DNA of 61,964 nt, the filler included, from Hausera hauseri (taxonomy: Eukaryota): NCBI GenBank assembly GCA_046269625.1. It is 10 parts of 10 records of this genome, joined end to end, with 100 filler letters (N's around TTAATTAATTAA, not from the genome) between each part and the next. Parts side by side here need not be neighbours in the genome. Positions count along the whole stretch, not along the records: positions 8,541 to 13,216 come from JBJURY010479687.1; positions 13,317 to 22,497 come from JBJURY010441023.1; positions 22,598 to 26,790 come from JBJURY010708770.1; 7 more parts are not named here. The stretch is one strand, 5' to 3'. Positions 12,801 through 24,149 of this stretch are shown piece after piece. The notes under the pieces are model-generated. The model had not been told where the DNA came from, did not search any database, and worked only from the letters and a program-made list of their open reading frames with translations. The position numbers and the translations under genes were made by a program. How positions within the stretch are numbered: the first letter of the stretch is position 1; each line of letters opens with the position of its first letter.

Positions 12801-14087
12801 ACTTTCAATATGGACAGAAGAAGTAGAAAATTCCATTTTTCTTTATTTCATAATAAGATTGCATTTTATGGCACTGATCTGAACTGTGCATTTTCAGCAC
12901 AATACTTTCAGTATTCTTTACACTAAAATTTTAAGTTTTCACAATGAAGATATTAGTACACTTACTTTATTCATGTTGATTTTGCGTAAACTGAATTTAT
13001 TAATTGGTAAACTTCATTATGTATAAGATGTCGTTAATTTTGTTTGGTATTTCTAACCAATCAATAAGTTACTATATAATATTACGCGTCTACTGCATTT
13101 TATGTATGTGTTAACTAAGCAGTGCGTGGTGACTTATTAAATTTAATTTAATTGTGTAATGCATGTAAACTACTAAAACGCATTTTTATAATTTCAATAA
13201 AAATAAATCACAGTAANNNNNNNNNNNNNNNNNNNNNNNNNNNNNNNNNNNNNNNNNNNNTTAATTAATTAANNNNNNNNNNNNNNNNNNNNNNNNNNNN
13301 NNNNNNNNNNNNNNNNCTCTCTTCCATCTTTGTCTCAACTACCATATAATCTATGTTACGCATATACCATCACATGTTCATTTAATTAAACCAATGTAAA
13401 CTTAACTATTATAAGTCATCAACCTCTATCATCATTAGTAATTCAAAACTTCAAAAACTGTTAACTACATATCAATCAATACAACATAATTAATATAAAG
13501 GTGGTTTTCATCAACCCAAACGTAACAAAAAAATCGCCTTCGCAATTTTTCAAAATTGCAATATCCAGCTAGACTATTTACAAACATCATAATTCATTAA
13601 ATTATACAATATACTGAGTTCCTAATTGTGTTCTTTAGTTCCTCATACCCCTTTGTTCCTTGCACATGTCTATGTCTCTCACATCCATCTCATTCGTCCT
13701 TCATGGACATCTCTACTTAGATGTACATCTTACTGTGGGTTCCTTTAACGCTTTAACTATCCACAGTTTACCCATTCACACTTCCTTTCACACTACACAT
13801 TCGCGGGTTTGGGTTTGTTGTTCCGTCTCCCAGTCCCAACTTTGTGCAATGCAATTTACTAGGAACTACTAACAACTATTTCCCGAAAAATCCCGAAAAA
13901 AAATGCTATGTCTCCCGGATCAAATTTTCCGGTTGAGCGTTCCTTCATTATACGCCCCCCTTCCAATTAAAAATCATTTACCATTCACTACAACGAATGG
14001 GAAATATTTTTCTCCCATCCCTAATCAACTGACGCTGTTTCCGTCTATATCTATGAATCATGTTTTCCTTACATTACTGTTTGTTAT

Positions 14088-16058
14088 TCAATGTCCCTTC
14101 TGTATAGTCAGATTTGGGTATATGGATCTGATGTCCTGATACTCCATTCTGACGTCTGTGGTTGGTGCTTGTCCCTTCTCCACCTGATCGACTTTTTGAG
14201 TTTCTTTGCGCTGCCTGTAAAATTCTTCAATTTTCGTCCACCAGTTGAATCTCTTGTTCAGCCCTATTATCATTCCACAAATTAGGATTATTGCTACAAT
14301 AATTATGCCACTTATTGTTGCTGTGTTGTTCTTGTCGTTTATTTCCTTAATTGCCTGAAACTGCTCCAATTCGTTCAACATATCGTTGAAATCTATTTTC
14401 GTCATTGCCCTTAAATGTGTTAACGGTCTTCCGAATATAAACTTCATCTTCTTTGCTACTATTCCTGCTTCGGTGTTTGTCCATAGTTGCCCGTTCATAT
14501 CGATATTCGAAGTCTTCATCTTTGTCATCGCGATATCTACTTTTGAATCAAACGTCCGTGGTTCGTTGATGATCATCTCGCTTGAATATAAGGAACATCC
14601 CCTTTCCAAATGAATTATTTCTAGCTTCCTGCTCAGACGTATTGTTTCCGTTTTCAATTTCCCATCTTGCTCGCATAACTTTTGAGCTTTCAGTTCCATT
14701 TTTGTAATTATGGCCCACATATCTCCGCTGATCTTCGTTGCTTGTGGTGCCCGTGTTCTTCTCACTAATTCTTTTCTACAATATTTCCCGGCTCTTTCCA
14801 CGTTGTTCTCGTATACATTCATTATGCACGACTCCGTTTGTTCGGTGTTGTATATGGGTTGTGTCATTTCACAATACGCCGTGTTCGTTTCACTACATTT
14901 GGCGAACTCTTCTGGTTGTAATATGGCGAACATGATATTCGCTTTATTTATTAGCAATGCCTTTCCTTCCGGGATATTTTTAACATAATAGTTTTTCCAC
15001 ACTTCGTTTTGGTCGTCTCTGTCATTCACGTTACCAGTGCTCGTTACTTCATACAGCTCATACTCCTCGGTGCTATCTACTAACGGGATATTCATTATCA
15101 TTATTAACTGGCCTCTGTCCATATACGTTTCTGTTTCTAACTGCTCGTAATATTCTATTAGGTGGTCTTCCAAATTAATCGGCAGTTGTAAACTCCGTGG
15201 TATGGTTTTCCGAATACTCTCTAAAATTGTCTTCAATTCCGTCGGACTTATCGCATTCACGTTTAGCCTTTTTAGAGTAGTGAGGCTAAAGATGTCCTCA
15301 AGATTATTGGCAATTCTTTCAATACGTCTTACTAATTCCCTACATCTGCTTTCAATTGATACCAACATCCCTACTTCATTTATTTTGGTTTCTAATTCTC
15401 TAGTTATATTTTCTATACCATTTCCCATTTCTGTTAGATAGGTTTCAATTCTCGCTATATGCGTAGTGTATTCGTTGATTTTCTTTCTATTTTCTGATAT
15501 TTCACGATTAGATATGTTTATCGCCGAAATGCTCCGCTCCATCACGTGTTTCATAATCTCAATATTACCGTTAATCACATGAACGCTCTGTTTGATGGTT
15601 TGCAACTCTTCATCTTTCGCCGTCCCAAATAATGTATCTAACAACTCCCCTACAAATGGTAAGATGGCTCGCTTGGTTCTACTGCTATTAAGCCAATTTA
15701 ATCTTTCTTTTATGTTTCTAACTTCGCTTTGCCATTGTTTCACTTCTCTTTCTGCTTCTAGCAGCATCTTCTGGAAATATGTGGCATCGGTGGGTTTCTG
15801 ATTTCTATGACTCAGGTATCTTCTTTCATGTAGCAATTTACTGGCGTTTTCTAATTTCCCCTCTACATCTATTACTTGCTCTTGGAAGTTCTTTATCGAT
15901 TGTGTAATTATTAACTTCCAGTGGGCTTTTATCTGGTGTACATCTTTAATTTTCACGAACACAATACCTTGATTTTGGAAAATCTCTTTCCTATCTTGTG
16001 TCCATCCGACAACTATCCAGCATACAAGAACTGTGACCATCAATTGATGCATGTTCAT
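14088..16058 (-). CDS. env: Envelope fusion glycoprotein, baculovirus-F/errantivirus env-like, intact 656 aa
   Basis: Signal peptide; furin site RTKR followed by fusion peptide AILPFVGELLDTLFGTA; heptad repeats; ISPTEL..IL motif; Cys-rich ectodomain; TM ISGIIIVAIILICGMIIGL; cytoplasmic tail. Confidence 0.9.
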   Translation of the reverse strand: MNMHQLMVTVLVCWIVVGWTQDRKEIFQNQGIVFVKIKDVHQIKAHWKLIITQSIKNFQEQVIDVEGKLENASKLLHERRYLSHRNQKPTDATYFQKMLLEAEREVKQWQSEVRNIKERLNWLNSSRTKRAILPFVGELLDTLFGTAKDEELQTIKQSVHVINGNIEIMKHVMERSISAINISNREISENRKKINEYTTHIARIETYLTEMGNGIENITRELETKINEVGMLVSIESRCRELVRRIERIANNLEDIFSLTTLKRLNVNAISPTELKTILESIRKTIPRSLQLPINLEDHLIEYYEQLETETYMDRGQLIMIMNIPLVDSTEEYELYEVTSTGNVNDRDDQNEVWKNYYVKNIPEGKALLINKANIMFAILQPEEFAKCSETNTAYCEMTQPIYNTEQTESCIMNVYENNVERAGKYCRKELVRRTRAPQATKISGDMWAIITKMELKAQKLCEQDGKLKTETIRLSRKLEIIHLERGCSLYSSEMIINEPRTFDSKVDIAMTKMKTSNIDMNGQLWTNTEAGIVAKKMKFIFGRPLTHLRAMTKIDFNDMLNELEQFQAIKEINDKNNTATISGIIIVAIILICGMIIGLNKRFNWWTKIEEFYRQRKETQKVDQVEKGQAPTTDVRMEYQDIRSIYPNLTIQKGH

Positions 16059-16092
16059 CTTTATCTGGGGAATTATACATTCCTTGTTACCG

Positions 16093-17184
16093 CTAGGCCA
16101 ACTTCATCATCATTTGCATAACATTGAACAATTTAGCAATATTTTCTGGCTTTCCTTCTTCTTGATCTTTATTTACTACTGCCATTTGCTCGGGTTGAGC
16201 TTTACCCTGTAGTTTACCTTCTACTTCTGTTATTGCTTTCGGTCGGATTTTACCCTGCGGACTTTCTTTCGCATCTTCGCTTTCCGTATCTTCTCCTATT
16301 CTCTGTTTCTTGTATATCATATCTTTCTTCATCGTTGTACAAGGGATCTCTTTTTGGTTGACTATTTCCGTCAGCTGTTTTCTTAATTTGGTTATAACTT
16401 CTGCCTTCTCGGCATTTTCTTCTTCTAGTTGAGCTGAATGCCTTTCCGCTTCCCTTACTTTACCTTGTAAGTCGCTGACTTTTATATCCATCTTCCTGTT
16501 ATCTTCAGTTAACTTCCCAATAGTTTTCTTTATGTCTTGCACTTCTTTATCTTTTCTATCTACTGTTTTGTATACTTCTTCTATACGAGCTTCTGCTTGT
16601 CTTTTTTCTTTTTCTTGTTTCTTCTTAATTTCTTCTGCTTTTTTCATATATTTCCTTCTCAGTTCTGCTTGACGAGTAACTTTAGCTTTAGGTTCATCTT
16701 CAGTTGACGTGCTTGAATCTCGCAACCTTTTTAATCTTTGCACCATGTGATCTAACTCGGATGTTTCGGTCTCAGTGTCTTCTACCAAAGTTTCCGAACT
16801 GCTATTTTCTACATCGTCTCGGGTCTCTTCTTCATTTTCTTGTGTTTCTTGAGCTTCCTGTCTCTCCCTTCTTTCTCTGTCTTCTAAACGTCGTTTTCTT
16901 TCTAAGTATGGTATATCACTGTCCTCAGATGAATTGCTTCTTATGGTTCTTCTTCTTTTCAATTGCTGGGCGCGAGCTTCCTCGAACCTTCTCCTTGCTG
17001 CTGCCCTAGTATTTTTATACGGTGCATCGGTATTCGTTTCCTTATCTGTTTTTGGTTCAGTTTCGTTTCTTATAGGTGTTTCTCTTCTAGTTCGATATGG
17101 GACCACTATTTCGTATCGCGTGTCGCTTTCGTTCTCTTCTTCGGATGTTTCTTCATTACTTTGACTTGTCTCCGTCGACGTTCT
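16093..17184 (-). CDS. Highly charged coiled-coil ORF between integrase and env, in frame with the integrase tail after a TAG
   Basis: E/K/R-rich ORF 16093-17106 whose frame is open from 17184, directly after the TAG at 17185-17187. Confidence 0.6.
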   Translation of the reverse strand, partial: RTSTETSQSNEETSEEENESDTRYEIVVPYRTRRETPIRNETEPKTDKETNTDAPYKNTRAAARRRFEEARAQQLKRRRTIRSNSSEDSDIPYLERKRRLEDRERRERQEAQETQENEEETRDDVENSSSETLVEDTETETSELDHMVQRLKRLRDSSTSTEDEPKAKVTRQAELRRKYMKKAEEIKKKQEKEKRQAEARIEEVYKTVDRKDKEVQDIKKTIGKLTEDNRKMDIKVSDLQGKVREAERHSAQLEEENAEKAEVITKLRKQLTEIVNQKEIPCTTMKKDMIYKKQRIGEDTESEDAKESPQGKIRPKAITEVEGKLQGKAQPEQMAVVNKDQEEGKPENIAKLFNVMQMMMKLA

Positions 17185-20100
17185 CTATTCGCTTTCACTT
17201 TTCGGTGGTACGACATATCTTGTTTTACGCATGGTGTTCTTATTTTCAAATTTCTGTTCTTCTGGGAATGTTCGGTCATCCTTTCTGAGTTGGGTCGTGG
17301 TGGTTGTTGCCTCATGCCCTGTTTGTTGATTCACCACTACATATGTGATCGGTCCTTTCTTCTCTAGGATCTTGTATCCCGGTATCCAATTATTTTCAAG
17401 CTTCGAGCTCTTCTTATTCTTGCGGTAATAAACTTTATCACCGACCTCGAAGTCTTGTTGCACTGTCTTCGGCTCTCTACTTTTTTCTCTTTTGAAAGGC
17501 TTCTCTCACATTTCTACTAACTTTTACAGTGATCTCGTGTAATTTCTGGAGTTGGTACTTGTAAAATTCCTCTCCTTGATATTTTAGTCTTGGTCTCAAT
17601 AAATTATCGATAGGAAGAGTCGGTTCTCGGCCAAATAACATCTCGTAAGGAGAGTACTTTCGACTACCGTTCTCCATAACTCGAACCACCATCGCTGCTT
17701 GACTTAGATGTATATCCCATTCTTTGGGCTGGTCTTGGGTATACTTCGAGATAACGTCATATAGCGTAGAATGCTGCCTTTCATTGACTCCGTTTGCGCC
17801 TGGATTATACACAGACGTTCGTATGTGCTTGATGTTTAACTCCTTTAGCGTGTTTCTCATCGCCTGATTTACGAACTCTCTGCCGTTATCCGTTACAATT
17901 ATTCTGGGGCATCCATATCTGGTTATGAATTTTCCTACCAGAATGTCAACAATATTTTCAGCCGTTTTGTCAGGCACCGCATATAACTCGGGCCGACCAC
18001 TATAGATGTCCACTATGTGTAAAATGTACCTATTTCCCGAAGCTGTTAACGGGTGGGGTCCAGACAAATCTAGGCTCACTTTCTCTATGGGAAAATTGGC
18101 ATATTCAGGTTCTTGGATAGGATGTTTTAGTATTTCCATGTTTCGTAACTTGCAGGGTTCACAAGTTTTGATGTAGTTCCCTATCTCCTGCAGCATATTT
18201 CGCCAATAATATTTCATACTAATCAACTCTGCTGTCCTATCTCTTCCCAAATGACCTAGCTTGTCATGGTGTTCCTGCATTACCCACTGCTTCAGATGCT
18301 GTGGTATGCACAGTTGGAAATTTCTTTTCTCTTCACTACCTACTCGATACAATTCTTCATCGTCAAGTATAAACTTTTTCCACTTTTTCAACCTCTCCTC
18401 TACCCCTGATTGTAAGTCTTCGATGATCTTCTTCAACTCCTCATCTTTCAGTTGTTCTGCCTTCATGTTTACTTTGTTTTCGTCTTCTTCACTAAGTTCT
18501 GTTTCCGATTCTCCTGTTTTGTCTACTTTCGTTTCGGTAGTGCTAACCGCTGAAATTTGAAGAGTATGTTCGTCTATTTCTGGGGTACCGTCGTCAGTGT
18601 TCTCTTCACGTGGTTCTTCATGCGTACTTTTATCTGGGATTCTTGATAACAGATCTGCAATAGTATTCTGTAGTCCCGGAATATATTCAATGTTCATGTT
18701 ATAGCCTTGTAGGTTTAAATTCCATGTCTGTATTCTTTTATTTTGCACGTCAGCCTTCATCATAGCTTTCAATGGCATATGATCCGTCCTAATTGTAAAC
18801 TTACTGTTGTGTAAATAAAAGTTAAGTTTTTGCAAGGCGTAGTGTATCGCGTACGCTTCTTTTTCAGTTACTGAACACTTCCGCTGCGATTTGGTTAATC
18901 GATGAGACAAGAAGTATATTGGCTTTTCCTTATCTACCTTCTTCCCTTGTATCGTTTCTTCGCCGTCCTTCTGCGCCAGTACTGCTCCTACGGCAAAATC
19001 GGACGCATCTGTGTACAGTACATATTCTTTATTTGTATTCGGGTAGACTAGTAGGGGTACAACTGTCAAGCTCTCCTTCAAGTATTCAAAAGCTTTTTGG
19101 CAGTTTTCATCCCATCGGAAACGAGCAAACTTTCTTGTTAGTGCCACTAGCGGCTCAGCGATTACAGAGAAGTTTGGAATGAACCTCCGATAGTACCCGC
19201 AAGTACCTAAGAATCCTCGTACTTCTTTGGTGGATTTTGGCGCTGCCATATTCCTAATGGCTACCACTTTTTCATTATCCGGTTTCACTCCCTGCTGAGT
19301 GATCACAAAGCCCAAGTATTTGGTCTCCTCTTTTAAAAATTCGCACTTACTCAACTTCAGTTTTACTTTGTGTTCCCTCAGTCGGTCAAATACTCGTTCT
19401 ACATGTTCTAAATGATCTTTTATATCCCCTTTTGTAAAGATCAAAATATCATCGATGTAGGCCAGTGCGTATGCCTGCATCCCTTCCAGTACAACGTTCA
19501 TCAAGGACATATACGTCGCCGGTGATCCCTTAAGTCCAAAGGGCATTACATTCCATGCGTAGAGCCCCGTGTGTGTGCAAAATGCACTCTTCGCTTTTGC
19601 CTCTGGCGACATAGGAATGCACCAGAAACCCGACCTGGCATCTAACGTTGTAAAATAGGTTGTGCCATCCAACAATCCTAGGATGTCATCTATCAATGGC
19701 ATCGGATAACTGACATTATTCGTGATGGCGTTTAAGGCTCGATAATCGACGCAAAACCGATGGCTGCCATCTTTTTTTTGATACAATGACCACCGGAAAT
19801 GACCACTCGGACCTTGTCCGTTCGATAATCCCTGCCTTCAGCATCTCTTCCACCGCCTTTTCAACTATTTCTCTATTTCCTAGCGGGGTGCGATAGGGCT
19901 TCAAACTTATTGGAGCGTGGTCTCCCGTTTCTATTTTCATAGTCACCGTCTGTGTTCTTCCCAGTTCCATGTCCGAAATGGCAAAGACGTCTGCATGTTT
20001 TCTCACGAAATCTTCGACGCACGACTTGTGTTTTTCTTCTACCTTTAATGTTTCCAGCAACTTCTTGGTTCTTTCGTCGTCTTGTTTGATTTCTGCTATT

Positions 20101-21117
20101 AACTGCCCTTGCTTTCTCCTCCATAACCCTTCTTTTATTTCCGACAACACTCTGTCACGGTGTGTTCTTCTTCTCGCCTTTTCTTCCCAATACTTATCTA
20201 ATTTCTCTTGGGCTGACTCTTTCTTAGTTTTCTCGGTTATGTTCACTGTTTCACATGTTGATGTGTCAATTTTGTCTAGCTTTGCTACTACACATCCTTT
20301 TTGTAGTGTTATAGTCTTTCCAGTATAATTGACAATCATTACTGGTACTTCTCTTTTTTGATCTAACGTCACAATCCCGCACACTGTTTGTAGACCGGGT
20401 TCTTCAATTATCTCCTTCTCCTCTAGTGGTGTTACAGTCACATTCTCCCCTTCACGCCAGTAACTATTTCTTTTTAGTGACGCCACTACGATATTTACCG
20501 AGTTTGGTTTCATTGTTATCTTTCTTCTAACTCGCACTATGGAAGCTATATGTATATCATTCTCTAAGTCTACGTACTGATCTTCCACTTTTATTTTCTT
20601 TAGGTCGAAATAAATTCTCACATTGTGCTTTTGGAGAAAATCTCTCCCAATGATAGCGCTTCGACACATGTTACGAACTATCAGAAAACCGTGTTTCATT
20701 GTTTTCCCTCCAATATGAAATTCCAGTATGGTCTTTCCTAAAACTTTCAATGCACTTCCAGAGACCGATCTCAAATCAACATCCTGTTTTATTAATTTTC
20801 CTTTGGCCTTCAGCATTCGGTATACCCGTTCGCTTAGGATGCTGACCTGCGCACCAGTATCTACTAAACATCTGACTCTTACTTTTCCAAAGTGTATGAT
20901 GCATGAACTCGGATCTTCTATTACATTTATTTCGTATTGTTGTTTCTGTTTCCTACTTCGGTCGCATTCTTCTCTGATGTCTTCTGCTTTCAATTGTTTG
21001 GGCCGGGGACGTTGTTTTTTCGGAATCTGGGTGTGGATATTATTGACCTTCTTGTTTTCAGGACGGGGTGGGAATAGCTTTGGGGTTTTCTCTTTGTTCC
21101 ATGTAACTTGCCTCTGG
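17185..21117 (-). CDS. pol: Gypsy pol (PR-RT-RNaseH-IN) with two small indels
   Basis: CLVDTGAQ; RFCVDYRALN; YIDD; YTDAS; HHDKLGH..C..C; SLD..VTDNG..NGVNER; FEVGDKV..WIPGY. Frame breaks at the T8 run near 19772-19779 and near 17470-17490. Confidence 0.95.
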
Positions 21118-21643
21118 TTTCATCCACTTCCATAGGTTCAGGTCCACTGTGCTTCTTCTTCTCTATTCCGTCTCGGCACTTTTGCACTGCTTCCCTTCTC
21201 GTTTCCATGTTAGTTTTCTCACACTGTTGGTTCACCTTTAACCCTATTCTACCCTTTCCGATTTCTTTGCCTTTATCCGTCTCTCTGCTTTTCATCACAG
21301 CATATTTTCGGTGATTGTTCCTTTTAACTGGGGTGTAGTCAAACTTGTTATTTTTCGAATTCACCGTTCTTCTGGTCTGACCGTAACTTCTACTACTTCT
21401 TCCATAGCCTGTTCTGTAATAATTTCTTTTCATATTTTCTCTTTCGTTATCGTTTCTCGGCTTCTCTCTTTTGTAGTTCGCCTCGTTCGGTTCCTTTTGC
21501 TTCATGTTTCCAGTCTTATATTTTTCTTCTTTTCTTAGTATTGGTCTGCTATTTCGATTTCTAATTTCTCTTGAATTGTTGATGGCTTCCTTTCCTTCCC
21601 TGCTCCGTCGGAAGCTTAAATCACAGCAGGGTTTCCGTTTCCC
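20990..21643 (-). CDS. Basic low-complexity ORF between gag and pol, in the -1 frame of gag
   Basis: K/R/N-rich with a PEPMEVD motif; overlaps the gag end and the start of the pol frame. Confidence 0.6.
   Translation of the reverse strand, partial: GKRKPCCDLSFRRSREGKEAINNSREIRNRNSRPILRKEEKYKTGNMKQKEPNEANYKREKPRNDNERENMKRNYYRTGYGRSSRSYGQTRRTVNSKNNKFDYTPVKRNNHRKYAVMKSRETDKGKEIGKGRIGLKVNQQCEKTNMETRREAVQKCRDGIEKKKHSGPEPMEVDETRGKLHGTKRKPQSYSHPVLKTRRSIISTPRFRKNNVPGPNN
21585..21643 (-). promoter_or_regulatory. -1 frameshift signal: G GGA AAC plus H-type pseudoknot
   Basis: Minus strand reads GGGAAAC-ggaaa-CCCTGCT-gtgatttaa-GCTTCC-gacgg-AGCAGGG-aaggaaa-GGAAGC. The heptamer is in the gag frame and both stems are perfect. 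Confidence 0.8.
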
Positions 21644-22497
21644 TGTTGCCTCGGAATTCGACCTTCTTCTGTACTGTTTACTTTGCACACCCGGGCAAAA
21701 TGTCCGGTTTTTCCACATCTGTAGCAACTTCCGCTATTTCCCGTTCTTGGTCTGTCACTGCTCGGTTTCGCTGTTCGGCTTCGGCATTCCCTAGCGAAAT
21801 GTCCTGGTTTTCCGCAACTAAAGCACTTCCTTTCCTTTTCAACCTCTTGGATCAACTTCCGGTTGTCATACCGCCTTTCTCTATGATGTTCATGTTCGTG
21901 CTGTCTTCTATGCCACTTAGGTCTGCATTGATCGATGTCCATTTGTTCTTCGTTTCGATCGTCGTGTCTTTCCCTTCCTAACCTCATGTTGATTCTTTTG
22001 TTAAAGTTCTCTTCTTCGACTGCCATTTGTATTGCGGTCTGGATCGTTCTCGGTTCATCTTTCATTAACTTAATCTTGATTCTCGTATTTTTCAGACCGT
22101 CTATAAAAATGGGAATCAGCAATTTTCCAGTCTCTTCGGACATGATATTTTGTCCGGTGTACGCTTCCTCAGCCATGTTGAGCATTCTGTCCCCGTACAG
22201 TTGTACTGCTTCCTCTCGTTCTTGTCTGATCTTTCTTAGCGCTGCCACCGCATAGTGTGAATCGCTCACCTCGGCATATCTATTGGCAAGTGTCTTCTTA
22301 AATTCTTCCCAAGTTTCATCTGGGTATGCCATAAATCTTCGTCGGATGAAGTCGTTGGCCAAGCCATCCGAAGTCATATAAGCCAATTCCTTTCTCTCAT
22401 CCTCTGTGGCCTTGACTAAGTACGCGTATTTCTCAATCTGAGACAACCATGTCTTGAATGTTTTGGCTTCCCTTCCACTAAACGGCTGAACAAAGGT
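21616..22497 (-). CDS. gag: Gag with two CCHC zinc knuckles, 5'-truncated by contig end
   Basis: TWEEFKKTLANRY; IRQEREEAVQLY; FIDGL; EQMDID; CFSCGKPGHFAREC and CYRCGKTGHFARVC. Confidence 0.93.
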   Translation of the reverse strand, partial: TFVQPFSGREAKTFKTWLSQIEKYAYLVKATEDERKELAYMTSDGLANDFIRRRFMAYPDETWEEFKKTLANRYAEVSDSHYAVAALRKIRQEREEAVQLYGDRMLNMAEEAYTGQNIMSEETGKLLIPIFIDGLKNTRIKIKLMKDEPRTIQTAIQMAVEEENFNKRINMRLGRERHDDRNEEQMDIDQCRPKWHRRQHEHEHHRERRYDNRKLIQEVEKERKCFSCGKPGHFARECRSRTAKPSSDRPRTGNSGSCYRCGKTGHFARVCKVNSTEEGRIPRQQGNGNPAVI

Positions 22498-22597
22498 NNN
22501 NNNNNNNNNNNNNNNNNNNNNNNNNNNNNNNNNNNNNNNNNTTAATTAATTAANNNNNNNNNNNNNNNNNNNNNNNNNNNNNNNNNNNNNNNNNNNN

Positions 22598-23722
22598 TTT
22601 AACATTCGCTCTACTTCCTTAGTTATCTCTGGTCTCAATGAATGAGGAGGCGGGTACCACTTGGGCATTTTCTGTTTTTTCTAGATCGATTTTGTCATTT
22701 TAGCCGGGTTTCTTTCTTAATTGAATCGTTAATCTCAGGACTTTAGCTCTGCCTATATATTCCTCATTTTGCGCAATTATTGAGCTATACTTACATAATA
22801 GTTCGTAGAATTTGCAATATGCTTCAGGATAGAATTTGGTTTCAACATGAGGTGGAAATTCAGCGTACTTATATGGTTTTTCTTCAATTATTATTGCCGA
22901 TACTCTACAAGTGTGACCTGTAGTAGTGTTGGCGTGCAATCGTACGAAAGTTGGTGCACACTTCACTAATCTAATGGGTATACGTCCCATTACTACTCTA
23001 CATAGAATATTACTAAGCATGAGGTTTGAATCGACATTCTCTTGCGGTTCGAAATATACTGGTAAATCTTCATCGTGACGAATCTGCGCAAAAATTATCA
23101 TTTTAGTTCTAGGCGGCATGTCCTCATCCACTGGAATCCATACTTCGCCTGATTTCCTTTCATTTATTACTTTTGTCTCTTTTATTGGTTCGAGCTCAAT
23201 TAATTTTCCATTATGCACATCGATTGCTATACCTGGTATCTGTTTTAATACGTCACAACGCAGTACTACGTCATCTGTTAATTGGTTCATTACCGCAAAT
23301 TCATGTGGAAGTGCTTGGCCCATCATATAAACGGTAGGGGTCCACTTAAATTTCGGCTTCAATACCTGTCCAAATGCTCCTACGCTACCTGGGTAAGATG
23401 ATGCGAGTGGACATAGCTGCTCCCGCAATGTGGTTGGTATCGATTCGTATTTTATAAACGATTTTTTTGATCCTGTGTCGATTAGCGCATACACTTCTCA
23501 ATCTTCGATGTGTATTTTGGCGAAAGGTCTTCCTTCTGCTACTGTTCCGTAGCAATTCGACACTATCTTTGACCGTTTTATAGTGTAGACTGTATGTACA
23601 TTTATCGTTATTTCTGGTGATGAAATGATATCCTGCCTTAATTTTCTTAAATCTTCATTCGGGTACAAATCGTTATTTGTTATTTCCGTGACGCGGTCGT
23701 CAATGAGCGGTTCTTGAGGCAA
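22598..23722 (-). pseudogene. Retroelement aspartic protease and start of RT
   Basis: RPFAKIHIE*..YALIDTGSKKSFI..HEFAVM..DVVLRCDVL; beta-rich spacer; ELLCKYSSII..IGRA; then YPPPHSLRPEITKEVERML at the contig end. Confidence 0.8.
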
Positions 23723-24149
23723 GGGACCTGAGATTGAACATAACCTCGAGTTCTCCCAGATCGTTGATTTCGATTCTATGTGACGAGGTATCCTTTTTGA
23801 GTATAATATTCCGTGGTCGTTTTCCGTTGGTCTTTTGTTGATAATGTTGATTTTTCGTAATGCTCCATATTGTTTTGTTTTTCCATAAGGGTTTTCATAG
23901 ATACAGGATCTGTAAGATATGACTGACTTTTAATCGCAGTTCTTGTAAATCGGCGCGGTTGGTGGCATGATGGGTATTGGTACATATGTTCTGTCTAACT
24001 TTATTCTGGAATTTCCTTCTCCTTCCTTAGGCTCCTCATCATCTGAGTCGTCTTTCCGCATTATTGCTTTTTATTTTTGCGTTTATTAAGAATCGAGGGT
24101 CTTTCCCGTCGTTTGCGATTGTAATATCCGACACGACGTTCTACATTAT

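Noticed and set aside
19765-19790. Third programmed frameshift between protease and RT
   Set aside because: It falls inside the conserved RT motif KKDG at an A8 run and needs a +1 correction; a homopolymer indel is more likely.
14091-22255. Many plus-strand hydrophobic ORFs
   Set aside because: They are antisense shadows of the purine-rich gag/pol/env strand.
22900-23150. dUTPase between protease and RT
   Set aside because: The beta-rich spacer lacks recognisable dUTPase catalytic motifs.
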